64,000 nt of DNA from Nemertoderma westbladi (Eukaryota; Animalia; Xenacoelomorpha): NCBI GenBank assembly GCA_032718475.1, contig JAUCBJ010003862.1, forward strand, positions 17,167 through 81,166, in the 5' to 3' direction. Of this stretch, positions 1 to 10,833 are shown piece by piece (within the stretch, counting starts at the first letter, position 1; the number at the start of each line of letters is the position of its first letter). The notes under the pieces are model-generated. The model saw only the letters and a list, made by a program, of their open reading frames with translations. It searched no databases and was not told the origin of the DNA. Position numbers and translations under genes: made by a program.

Positions 1-270
1 ACCGGATCCCAGACCGGCGCCACACCGTCTACCGGATCCCAGACCGGTGCCATACCGCCTACCGGACCTCGTACTGGCGCCATACCGCCTACCGGACCTC
101 GTACTGGTGCCACACCGCCTACCGGATCCCAGACCGGCGCCACACCGTCTACGGGATCCCAGACCGGCGCCACACCATTTACCGGACCCCAGAATGGTGC
201 CATTTCGTCTACGAGACCCCGTACCGGCGCCACACCGCCTACCGGACCCCGTACTGGCGCCACACCGTCT
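1..270 (+). repeat. 30-bp tandem repeat (9 copies visible, may continue left of window), in frame with the CRE ORF, encoding TG(S/P)(Q/R)TGA(T/I)P(S/P)
   Basis: Unit accggatcccagaccggcgccacaccgtct; frame 1 has no stop from base 1 into the RT ORF. Confidence 0.95.
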
Positions 271-3126
271 ACAGGGACCCACGTATGGTTTGAGCTAAAG
301 CTTCCACTGGTGGATATTTTGACGCCTTTAGATCTCGTCTATAAGAAAATAGTTCACTGGCGATCCAATTTGTTTCTGGTGCCTCAGGGGGCGGTTGGTA
401 GACAACTAGTAGGGGAGATGACACGTCTTGTGAACTTGTTTACAACGGGGTCCCCTTTACAGGAGGCTGCGTTAACAGCGTTGATGTGTCTGCCTGCGTT
501 GCTCCTACAGAAACCTAGCCGATCGTCAAACACGGCAACTCATCGAAAAGTTCTGGAACGCCGCTTAAATGATTGGAGAAATGCGCGTTTCACTGATTTG
601 ATGGCAGAAGCTAGCGCAATACAGGGACATCTCCCGAGACCGCCTAGACAACCGGAATCCCAAACTGAAGCTACGAGAAAAGCTTTCGTTCGGCATATGT
701 TGACTGGAAATGTGTCAGCCGCTACTCGATGCCTCAGTCAGATCAACCGAGGTACTCCAATGAAACTCGACGATTCATTCGTCGACAAGGATGGTACAAC
801 GAAGGTAGTTCGCGATGTTCTGTTAGAAAAACATCCCGTAGCTACTCTGGCAGATAGTTCCGTCCTGCTTACAGAATTCGATCGCGCACCAGAGCACCAC
901 AGGGTGGTGTTTGAACGTATCGACGGCCAGCTGATTCTTTCCTGTCTCCTCCGAATGAAAGGAAACGCGGCAGGCCCCTCGGGCCTTGACGTACAGGGGT
1001 GGAAACACCTGCTGACGAAGTTTCGAAACTACTCCGTGGATCTCTCCAACAGCGTCGCAGACATGGCGAAGCGGATCGCACAGGAGATTGTACCGAGGGG
1101 GGTGTTGTCATCTTACCTTTCCGCACGTCTTCTCGCGTTGGATAAGTGTCCGGGGGTTCGGCCCATCGGCATTGGGGAGGTGTTACGGCGGGTAATTGGG
1201 AAGGCGGCGATGTTCAGCATTAGTGGGGACCTTCAGTCCGTAGGCGGATCCACCCAGCTCTGTATGGGACAGAAATCTGGTATTGAATTCGCCATACACA
1301 GCCTTAATGACGCATTCGCCGAGGAAGAATGTGAGGCGATACTCCAAATTGATGCAACTAATGCATTCAACGTTCTTAATCGGGAGGCCGCCACACACAA
1401 CATTAGCCTTGTCTGCCCATCGCTGCACACAATCGTTGTAAATTGCTACGCGGAGCCATCGAACTTGTTCGTGGGAGGTGAGTCTATTTTCTCCTCGGAA
1501 GGTTCCACTCAAGGGGATCCGGTGGCGATGCCGATGTTCGCCTCCGGTTTAACTCCATTCGTAGACGAACTCGAGACGGCGTGTACTGTGAACCAGAAAT
1601 GGTTTGCAGATGATGGAAATGCGGCGGGTTCTCTAGTTGAATTGCGGAAGTTTTGGGATGTTGCTGTGAGGAGGGGTCCTCTATACGGATATTTCCCCTC
1701 GAAATGTCGGTTGACGGTGAAACCTGACAAGCTCGGTGAGGCTGAATTACTCTTTGCCGGCATGGACATCGTCATAGACTCGGTTGGCAGCAAGCTTCTT
1801 GGGGGGGTGATTGGTTCAAAGGAGTTCCAGGAGGAGTTTATCCTTTCCAAGGTAGATGAGTTCGCGGAGGAGGTGGATCGACTCGCTGATATCTCCATGA
1901 TGGACCCTCATTGCGCGTACGCGGGTCTAGCTTTCGGACTGTCGTGCAGATGGCGGTTTCTCGCTCGGGTTATACCAGGCGCCGTCGAGCAGTTCGATAA
2001 ACTCGAGAAATCGGTGACGGCCGCTCTCTGTCGGATAGTTGACCGGCCGGCGTTGACCACGGAGGAACGACAGCTGCTCTCCCTCCCAGTCCGTGCTGGG
2101 GGGATGGGAATCCCAGTTCCGTCCGATCTGGCCACTCAGTATGACCATTCCAGGTTGGTTTGTGAGCCACTGAATGGCGCTTCCTCTGGTGATATGGCAG
2201 ACGTCAGGAAGGAACAGCTACTCGCCGCCAATCGTGTAAAGGTACAGGCTGGCCTGCAAACAAAAAATAAAATCGCAGTTTGTAACGGAGACCTGCCGCT
2301 AACCCAACAAAAACTAAGGGAATTAGTTTCAGAAAAGGGGGCGTCAACCTGGCTGAATACTAAACCGGTTACTATACATAACACTCACCTGTCGAAAGAG
2401 GAATTCCGAGATGCATTGTGTCTGCGGTACTGTTGGCAGCCGAAGTCTCTCCCCGCTCGTTGTGTCTGTGGGTCGCGATTTTCACCCACCCACGTCCTGT
2501 CGTGTCCTACTGGAGGATTTCCCTCTATCAGACATAACGAGATTCGAGACTTCATTGCCAACGCGTTAACCGAGGTGGCTAACAACGTAGCCATAGAGCC
2601 AATGCTGCAGCCCTTGACAGGCGAGTCGTTCCGGCACCGGACCACGTCTACCGACCAACAGGCCAGGCTCGACGTCTCAGTCAGCGGTTTTTGGGGAAAC
2701 CGGTACGAGAAAGTCTTCCTGGATGTCTCCGTGTTCAACCCCTTATCGGAAACGAACGCGGCGATGTCGTTGGAAGCAGCGCACTCGCACCACGAGGCAC
2801 GCAAACGCCTCAAGTACGAAGACCGGATTCGCGAGGTAGAACTGGCGACATTTGTGCCCCTCATCGTTTCTGCATTCGGTGGGATGGCTACGGCAATGCG
2901 CCAGTTTGTGAAACGGCTGGCATACAAGCTGTCGGACCGCCGTGAAATCCGGTACTCCGACTGTGTTTCCTGGATCCGGAGACAAATTAGTTTTGCGCTT
3001 CTGCGGTCCAGTCTGATGTGTCTTCGCGGCGCGCGTTCCGCATCCAAGCGGCCAGTTCACCACGCGATATTGGACACCTCCATACGGCTGGCGAACGCGG
3101 ATACGGACTGCGGGGTTGCTGGGTAG
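1..3126 (+). CDS. CRE-clade non-LTR retrotransposon polyprotein (RT + CCHC finger + restriction-like endonuclease), 5' partial
   Basis: RT motifs GVRPIGIGE, QIDATNAFN, QGDP, WFADD; CVCG..H..SC finger, RHNEIRD; REL motifs RLDV, FLDVSV, KRLKY; frame open upstream of the track start at 310. Confidence 0.93.
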   Translation, partial: TGSQTGATPSTGSQTGAIPPTGPRTGAIPPTGPRTGATPPTGSQTGATPSTGSQTGATPFTGPQNGAISSTRPRTGATPPTGPRTGATPSTGTHVWFELKLPLVDILTPLDLVYKKIVHWRSNLFLVPQGAVGRQLVGEMTRLVNLFTTGSPLQEAALTALMCLPALLLQKPSRSSNTATHRKVLERRLNDWRNARFTDLMAEASAIQGHLPRPPRQPESQTEATRKAFVRHMLTGNVSAATRCLSQINRGTPMKLDDSFVDKDGTTKVVRDVLLEKHPVATLADSSVLLTEFDRAPEHHRVVFERIDGQLILSCLLRMKGNAAGPSGLDVQGWKHLLTKFRNYSVDLSNSVADMAKRIAQEIVPRGVLSSYLSARLLALDKCPGVRPIGIGEVLRRVIGKAAMFSISGDLQSVGGSTQLCMGQKSGIEFAIHSLNDAFAEEECEAILQIDATNAFNVLNREAATHNISLVCPSLHTIVVNCYAEPSNLFVGGESIFSSEGSTQGDPVAMPMFASGLTPFVDELETACTVNQKWFADDGNAAGSLVELRKFWDVAVRRGPLYGYFPSKCRLTVKPDKLGEAELLFAGMDIVIDSVGSKLLGGVIGSKEFQEEFILSKVDEFAEEVDRLADISMMDPHCAYAGLAFGLSCRWRFLARVIPGAVEQFDKLEKSVTAALCRIVDRPALTTEERQLLSLPVRAGGMGIPVPSDLATQYDHSRLVCEPLNGASSGDMADVRKEQLLAANRVKVQAGLQTKNKIAVCNGDLPLTQQKLRELVSEKGASTWLNTKPVTIHNTHLSKEEFRDALCLRYCWQPKSLPARCVCGSRFSPTHVLSCPTGGFPSIRHNEIRDFIANALTEVANNVAIEPMLQPLTGESFRHRTTSTDQQARLDVSVSGFWGNRYEKVFLDVSVFNPLSETNAAMSLEAAHSHHEARKRLKYEDRIREVELATFVPLIVSAFGGMATAMRQFVKRLAYKLSDRREIRYSDCVSWIRRQISFALLRSSLMCLRGARSASKRPVHHAILDTSIRLANADTDCGVAG

Positions 3127-3286
3127 TTCAGTTGGGTAGTTCAGTTACCACTGACAGACTGCTGCGACGGACAGGATTAATTAATAATATTAAAAATAGT
3201 TTGAATTTCCCCCGTAAATGCTAAATGTATCGTGTAGTATATATTTGTTGGCATTTTGCTTTATTAAATTGACATATAAAAAAAAA

Positions 3287-3374
3287 TCTATGTACTATTT
3301 ATGTACTATCTATGTACTATCTATGGTCTAACTATGTACTATCTATGTACTATCTATGTACTATCTATGTACTA
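3287..3374 (+). repeat. 11-bp minisatellite (tctatgtacta)n
   Basis: About 8 degenerate copies starting immediately after the CRE poly(A). Confidence 0.85.
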
Positions 3375-3419
3375 ACTTTCTACCATCTCTATGTACAAAA
3401 TGCATACTTGACAACTGTA

Positions 3420-3700
3420 ATAGTAGTAGATGCCGGCTTAACAAAAAGATTTCGTCACCACTATGCAATCTACAATTGGCAAGCCCAATGAAGCGTGCAT
3501 TAAGAATGATATCCCGGTTTATCCCCCGCCACAACTCCCTATCGCCCATGACTTTCGCGAGATTGTCCTCATCATAAAGGCCAGTGTCCTTTAGGAGGCA
3601 TCTCAAGAAAGACATGGGCTGTCCACTATGCTTGTTTTCTCCATGGGGCCGCCAAAGTACAACATTATGCACAGTCTGGTCCTCATGGTGACAATGCACT
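3420..3700 (-). mobile_element. RTE-like LINE 3' fragment
   Basis: HC..EDQ.VHN..LW.PHG.NKH.GQPM.FLR..LKDTG...VMGDRELWR matches the C-terminus of the RTE at 54005-54664. Confidence 0.8.
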
Positions 3701-3969
3701 TCACAGCGGCAAAGTGCATACTAGAGTTGAGCAATTGAGCATACTTTAGTGTTTACTGCATACTTTAGTACAGTAAATGTAGATTACATATTATCAATTT
3801 TTAATCAAATTTAATTACCGAAATTCCCACTATAGTAGGTGGAATATGACCTAGAACTAGCTAGTCCCTATTGTTTTTTTGACCTGGACATAAAGACATG
3901 ACATGTAGAAAATCCTACAAGTATATGACGTTATTTAATATATTTTATTATACAGTATATTACTTGCAG

Positions 3970-4094
3970 GAAGTCGTTATGTAATTCTCTTCTCGGTTTA
4001 CTATTCGCCGCCATAGCAACTGTACTCTACAGTCTAACAGCTGTGATTTATAAAAAGTCAGGTCTTTCCATCGGATCCTATTTTCTAATAAAAG
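3970..4094 (+). CDS. Internal coding exon of the EamA/SLC35G-like transporter (first TM helix); missing from ORF track
   Basis: ttgcag acceptor, AG/gtaaga donor; encodes KSLCNSLLGLLFAAIATVLYSLTAVIYKKSGLSIGSYFLIK; phase-1 junction joins in frame to GLKCLLL at 17298. Confidence 0.8.
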
Positions 4095-4395
4095 GTAAGA
4101 AATTTATTAAACAGTTCAATATGCCCATTACGTCCAATGACCAATAGGTCTCATTACGCCTTACAGAAACTTATTGGTATGTCTGTTTAACTTATAAAAC
4201 TTTAAAAAAGGAAATGTCTTAGAAGCTGTATATAAAACATATTGGTCACACCATATTACTTATAATTTTTTCGAAGTATAAGATAATATCTGAAATGTTA
4301 GGAAGATCCATTTATGAAAATGCATTTATATAGGACATATTGCACTGCTGTAGTGTCATTAGGCCAACTGTAATACTGACGAATAATGCCGTGCA

Positions 4396-4636
4396 ATGAT
4401 TCCAAATATGTAAAAACATTTGAATTTGGTTGGGAAATAGCTGAGATATGGGCATTCGAAAGTTGCATGTATTTGCTTCATTTGCAGGCCATTCATTCTA
4501 TTTAATAAATACACAATGTTCTAGAACATTTTGTTTATCTCGTATGTAGCTGGAGGTGTAATACTATGCAACATATGAACGCATGTATCTCAGCTATTTT
4601 CAACCAAATTCATATAGTGTTACATATTTGGAATCC
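4396..4636. repeat. Degenerate MITE-like inverted repeat in intron
   Basis: gattccaaatatgtaa...gaatttggttg..aaatagctgagata mirrored by tatctcagctatttt.caaccaaattc...ttacatatttggaatc. Confidence 0.6.
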
Positions 4637-4713
4637 TTATATGGCCAGCTTTCCACTAGAACCTATAAATCACTATAAGGTTGAAGAATAATAACTGGAG
4701 TTAAAGATTGAAC

Positions 4714-5384
4714 TGTGACGGGATCATAGATCCCGACTGGGTTAGATATGTATGCGTCACCGTTTCGCTGAAGAAGCTGTGCTATAGTGGTTTTGGCCGA
4801 AGGCCGTCGGGGAAATAATCGAGTTTGTGTTTCTCAATATTAATCTTCCGAAATGATAATAGCACAGAACTATGTATGTAATGAATATCACGATACAAAA
4901 TAACAGCAGAAAATACACAGATATTAATTGGTTATGTTGGTAGCGGTGACGATCGTAAAATATGACCGGTCTGCAACTCTGTGATTAATGAACTGACCGG
5001 TAAATCAGTAATACAGAATAATATATGATTGATACACAGAGATATTGGTTTCACCTCTTACTCTACTTGGCCTTCTGTACCCAGTGGATGCTTTCCTATT
5101 TCTGATCACGTGCTTCCCTCCCTGCTATTGGCTAATATACTAATTGTCACTTTGGCATTCCCTGTGAGTGTTTCCCCCTGTTGCTAGCCTCTAATAGCTG
5201 TGCTCTCCCTCTGAGGTGGTTTGACCTCTCTCTGTGGCTTTAGGGCTTGTGTCGACCCCCCCCCCCCCAAAGTTGGTTATGAGGCGAGATTATTATTGGT
5301 AATCTCGTACCCCCAACTAAATTGATAAAATGCCACTGGTCCCATTCTAAGGTGGATAATGTAACGGAATTGAATCCGCTTACA
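4714..5384 (-). repeat. 3' LTR of element 4714-16997
   Basis: tgtgacgggatcatagatcccg...gaatccgcttaca, direct repeat of 16347-16997. Confidence 0.95.
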
Positions 5385-6166
5385 CTCCCCCCATGCTATC
5401 TTCCCGGTGAGAAGATAGCATCAACCTTAAGTGCGCTTCAATTCCGCTGGAACCCAATCTAATATCGGGTGTGGGGTGGAGTTCTTTTCTCGGGGTCGGC
5501 TTTCCTGACCGCCCCCCCCCCCTGGGTATGTTATTACTACCCCTCCGTGGTGCAATCGCGAGCTATGTTGCACTAAGGTATCTGGTGTCTCTGTTTGAGA
5601 CAATTATGCTCTCTCTTCACACAATTTTCTACAACCTCACTCTAATCTTACTCTCGGACCTCTCTGTCCCTTACTCTCTCTCTCACGGACCTCGTCGTCC
5701 CTTACTCTCTCTCTCACAGATCTTGTCACCCCTTATTCTCTCTCCAGTCCCTTGGGACTCATCCTCTCTCCCTGCTCGCTCCCCACGCTTGAATTGCACT
5801 CCTCTCACTTCTACGCATGTCAACACCTCCTCTCCATACTTCCCCCGTTCTCCTATACTCAACCCATCTTTTGTCCACTCACCCCTGATGAGCCTCACCC
5901 TCCCCTTTGTGCTGTCGCACTCAAGAAGCGTGATCTGTATAGTGCCTCGTCCTCCTGTCATAGTCAATTGGTCCCCAGTCCCAGTAGCTAATTGGAAAAG
6001 GTTGTATATGACTATAGTACTTAGTTTGATTATATATTTATATTGATCAAAATGATTATCTACATACGTACATACTAATTGCACTTAATTATTTTGCACT
6101 TAGGAGTTCGTATTTATTCTCACAAGTGGTGCCTTCCAGGCACGCCCATATCTCCCTCTCTGAGTT

Positions 6167-8224
6167 CTAGTTCGCTCCTCCCGTCTTTGGGTACCATCTA
6201 TGTTCCTTCCCCCTGTCATCGTCTTGTCTGGGCCGCTTCCTTCCCTCCAGCTTCTCCTCCCTGAGACTTCTCATTCTTGTCGCTACCGCCTTGCTTATCC
6301 CTGTCGTCGATTCTTTGGGCGCTGGTGTTATCAACTCCCGGTAACGCTTTGCAGGTGGCCCTTCTGAGTGCCCTTCCTGCTTTCCCCCAGTAGCGTCCCA
6401 CAGGATCATTTTCATTGCTTGCGGCACGTGTTCCGCCAGAAAGTCCCTGAATTCACCCCTGTTCTTTGGCGTCCATCTATCCAAGTATCTCTGCATGTTG
6501 ACGACTCCTCCATATGATGCCGCTGTCGCTACCTCCTGGTAGGTGAATGGCAGTCTCCTCTTGATAATCTCCTGGTGGGCTCCCGGATTGATGTTGAAGA
6601 AGCCCCACCAGAACTCCTGGGCCTTCATCCTCTGCCGCGTCATGACGCCGACGTCGGCCCACTCCTCGAAGATCTTAAACTTCTCTTCATCGTCCATCCA
6701 GTCGCACTGGCGCCCATAGTGCCCTCGAAAGTTACACTTTGAGCAGCGGTTGTGAAGCCTCGGACATGCACCCATCCTATGGGTCGACTCGCGGCAGTAG
6801 AGGCAACTCGTCTCCTTCTGGAATCAATACAAATAGCTCTTTTCCTGGTGAGTCAGCCTCCCGCAGTAGTCACAGCCGTGTATCAACGCATCCCGCCCCA
6901 AGTCGTCCTTTGCCCCGAGCGGTCTCCTAGGTCTGTGGAGCCATTGATAGGCAAACATCTGGACATTATGGTCCCTACCCATATCCACGTCCTCCTCCCC
7001 CTTCGGCATCGTCTCCCCAAACACTACCCGTGGTGCCGTTCCCGGCTGCTCGCCCAACCTGATGGTGCTCCCTGTGAAATCCATCGCCAGCTCATCATGC
7101 ACCCAGGCCCGCTTGCCGGGTTTATCCCAGAAGGCTCTCGCCCCGCTGGCCGTCACCACTCTCCTGCCCACCCCATCCGTATCTGAGTGTCTGATCCTCT
7201 CAATGGGCGGCATCTCCCCGAACTCGTCGTCATCTTCCTCCCTCGCTGGGAGTGGATCCGGGCCCGGTATCCCGGTAGATCCACTGTGCCCCTTTCCGCC
7301 TCGGCTTCCAGCCATAACTTTCCACCCTTTCTGCTCCCTTGGTCTCTTCCTTGCAAAATCGCCCTCGGAGCCCCCTGGTATGGGCATCACTTGCAATCCC
7401 AATGTCGACTGTTTCGGTGATCCCTCCGTCCATCCCAGTTCCTCCCCCAGAAACTCGCCCAAGCTCCCTGATCCCCACCTTAGTTCGTCCAAGTCCTGGG
7501 CTACGAACCCGTACTCCTCTCCCCTTATATCCGCCTCTCTCTCGTCTGCTTCCCTCCTTTCTCGCATGGCGATTTCTTCCAGCCTCTTCTCCTCGACTCT
7601 ATCCGCTTCCAGCTTCTTCCACCTCTTGTATGGTGTGTCAACCTCTCTGTCTACTAGGTGCCGTCTATCGTAGTACACCGACTCACCCTTCAGCCCCGGG
7701 TGGTCTACCAGACCTTCGAAGGCCACCTTAAAGGCTCTCCTGTAGTTTAGAGGTGCTCCTGATAGCAGAAACGCCGTTGGCTCTCTTCCGATAACCACGG
7801 CCATGAATAGGTTTAATAAACCTATCATTATCCAATCCTTCTGTAAGATATATCTCTTCTGATATTATATCTTCATTGCTCCCCTTCGGAACTGATATAC
7901 CTCCTGTTTCTCTGGCCTCGCTCCCCATTTCAGCGAGTTCGCCAGTTCCGCTCCGTACTCCTCTCGGAACTTACCCCAGTCCATCGGCTTGTGGCAGACA
8001 AGCCCCATGAGCTGGCCCATCGCCACTGCTCCACAATGTCCTGTGCCCGCTCCGTGCTCCTCCCGGAACTTGCCCCAGTCCATTGGCTTGTGGCAGACAA
8101 GCCCCATGAGCTGGCCCATCGCCACTGTTCCACAATGTCCTATATTCTCTACCACCCCCAAAGTGCCAATTTTTCTTAGTTTTATTTTAATTTTATCTAT
8201 GTTGCCCCCTGTCTGTGCTATCAT
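6167..8224 (-). pseudogene. ~685-codon accessory ORF with three CCHC-type knuckles, interrupted by two in-frame stops
   Basis: Track ORFs 7865-8224, 6824-7828 and 6167-6775 share one frame; knuckles CDYCGRLTH (degenerate), CLYCRESTHRMGAC, CSKCNFRGHYGRQC; 99-bp in-frame duplication near 7950-8140. Confidence 0.7.
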
Positions 8225-8249
8225 CCTTTCTACCTTCCTACTTCCTTCT

Positions 8250-8600
8250 TACTATGTACCCTATTACTACTATGGTATGACTAAATACCCTTTACTTTCT
8301 TACTACATGGCGCTCTCGGTGCCCACAACCCCTCTGCTACTACTTCTACAGTATACCTACATACCATACCCTTTACTCTCTTACTATGTGGCACTTTCGG
8401 TGCCCACAACCCCTCTGCTACTACTTCTATGGTATACCTAAATACCATACCCTCTACTCTCTTACTACGTGGCGCTTTCGGTGCCCACAATCCCTCTGCT
8501 ACTACTTCTATGGTATACCTACATACCATACCCTCTACTCTCTTACTACGTGCACTTTCGGTGCCCAGAACCTCTAACTCTCTCGGTACCATCTACCCTA
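8250..8600. repeat. ~81-bp tandem repeat (about 4 copies plus degenerate flanks to ~8760)
   Basis: cggtgccca recurs at 8317, 8398, 8479, 8559. Confidence 0.9.
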
Positions 8601-8898
8601 CTACTACTCTCGTGGTATGTCTATATACCACACTCCCTATTCTCTAACTCTCCTCTTACTCTTTCTAACTTCTAACTCTTACGGTACTATGTACCCTGCT
8701 ACTATTCTCATGGTATGTTAATATACCACACTCCCTACTACTACTACTTAATGCTACGTACTATCTACTACTATTACTTTCTACTATCTCACTTCTTATT
8801 TTATTATTTTCTTATTATTTATTTTTATAATTTGTGTGGGAAGGGCGTCTCACCCTCATTCCCACCCCCCTCAGTCCAACATATTGGATGACTAAACT

Positions 8899-10546
8899 TC
8901 AAGGGCGATTCTTCCAGCAGGCACTCTCCCACTGCCCCCCTGTAGGTCCTCTTATCCTTCGCCCCACTCTCCTTGTCAATTCCAACTCTGTAGGAATTGA
9001 TTCTCCCTCCTCCACCACCCTAAAATCGGGTCTTTCGGTCGCCTTCTTGATTTCCTCATGGTCCCCTGGCAGCAAAATGCCACCCTTCATCTTGTCATCA
9101 CCTGGCGGTAGAATGAAAAGAAATTGAAAAAATAGATAAAACAGAATGGATAATAGTAATCCTATCCCTTTCCACCCTGTCTTCTTATTTGACCTCCCCC
9201 TTTTTGGTATGCCTCTCAACCGGACCGGCGTCTCCTCCGGACACTTCTCCGGACATCTCCCCATCCACTCTTCTCCATCCTCATATCGATACTTGTCGGG
9301 AACATCCTTGTTCCATCCCATCGTCTCTAAGTCTTCCGTATCGAATCCATTCTCCTCCGCCCACTCTCTTGCTGTTGATTCCCCTCCTAATTTATCTACC
9401 AACTCTATTTCTCTGGAACTATCCTCTATCCTTTCACCATGCTCCACTATGCGTGGTTCCAGATCCATACCTAACTCCTTGTATCCTTCCCCGGGCCGCT
9501 TCTCACATGGGACCTCCCCATCGCCCGTCTCTGGTTTCTCCTCTACGTCCTCAACAGTGCCTGACAGCATGCACCCTGATGTCTCGGACACACCAAACGA
9601 TGTCCTCATCTTAATTGGGCCAGTGAGCGTCCATCCAAATGGCTTGAGAATGGCCATCAGGTCTCGCTCCCTGTCATTGCCGAATATGGTCTGAAGTCTC
9701 TTGTGAGCTGTCAGGCAGTCCATGCCGACTATGAGAGATACCTTCGGGATGTCCAACTCGGGCACGGAGAAATCGATGTTGTCCAGGTACTGGTATTGCT
9801 CTATCTCGATCTTCGTCGGTCGCCTGGCGTTGATATTAATCGATTCTATTATTTGGATGGGTTTGATGTTAGCCCCATAGCCGCACCCTAGGGCTATTGC
9901 TGATATCTCGCACCATCCCATTCTCATCTCCAGGACCTCGTCCTTGTTCGAGATAGTAGTTACCGCCATCTTACTCAGCCTCATCTGCAACCCTATCTCT
10001 TTGGCCACTCAATTCTCCATTAACGTGAATGCTGCTCCACTATCGACCAACATTAGTGTTGTGGCCAATAGCCCGTCCTTTCCTGTTATTCTCACTGGTA
10101 CTACCCCAAGTAGCACTGTCCTCTTCCTCTTTGCTCCCGTCGTACTCGTAGCCATAGTTTGGCCTTCAGTCTCGTCATATTCTATCGGTGTTTCTCTACA
10201 CTCTCCGAATCTGTGTCTTTCTACCAGGCATCGATGACATAGTCCGTCTGTATCCTCGTAGGCTACCCGATCTTGTTTAGGCAACGCCTGCCAATGCATA
10301 CAACTCATGGTCTTATGGGTTCCATCTCTATGTAATTGACATTTGTATCCTGGATTGTGGCGTTCCTTGTATAGCCCTTCACATATCGCGCGTAGGTTCA
10401 TATCTACCAGTTTAGTGTTTTGGTTATTTGGACTCGGCCTACTGGGTGTGTTGGGATTATATTTGTTCGTGTTGTTATTTTGTTTCTGTCCCTGCCATGG
10501 TGTGGCCCTACTCCCAGCTATCTGTGGACTTGTAGTCCCCTGCGTG
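8899..10546 (-). pseudogene. Gag C-terminal Cys/His region and BEL-type aspartic protease of element 4714-16997, ending in an unrelated tail with a hydrophobic helix
   Basis: C..H....H....C and LCHRCL...H...EC knuckles; LVDSGAAFT; SLIVGMD; PFGWTLTGP. Confidence 0.75.
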
Positions 10547-10833
10547 GGCGCTGTTTCACCGTGCCACCATCGATGAAATAATATAATGAAAAAAGATCTA
10601 CACCCAGAACTGCCATTGCAGTAAAAGCTTAGTTGCTTTTATATTAATAATAAATACGGCATACGGGGTCCATCAAAACACGTACATACATATATATAAA
10701 TCAGTAAATAGTAAGCTTCAATCAATACCAAATACAGGGTTGGTTCAAAAACTATACGGTTGGTTGAATTCGAATACATGCAGCAACAGTCTGACAGTAG
10801 ATAGATTCGAACCAGTTCCGTCAGCACTCCTCA

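Larger units (their letters stand above)
1..3286 (+). mobile_element. CRE-clade LINE with intact 3' end
   Basis: ORF, short 3' UTR, ATTAAA at 3263 and A9 tail at 3278-3286. Confidence 0.88.

Noticed and set aside
47-298. PDP..PHRL repeat ORF in track
   Set aside because: Alternative frame of the 30-bp array; frame 1 is continuous with the RT ORF
823-3063. Numerous antisense and alternate-frame ORFs over the CRE gene
   Set aside because: Shadows of a GC-rich coding sequence with no motifs
5471-6084. ORFs 5471-6046 (+) and 5683-6084 (-) as an env-like gene
   Set aside because: Low-complexity CT-rich sequence with no recognisable motif; may be the element's 3' UTR
8250-8600. Possible CRISPR-like array
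   Set aside because: Whole 81-bp units repeat with no unique spacers; eukaryotic context, no cas genes
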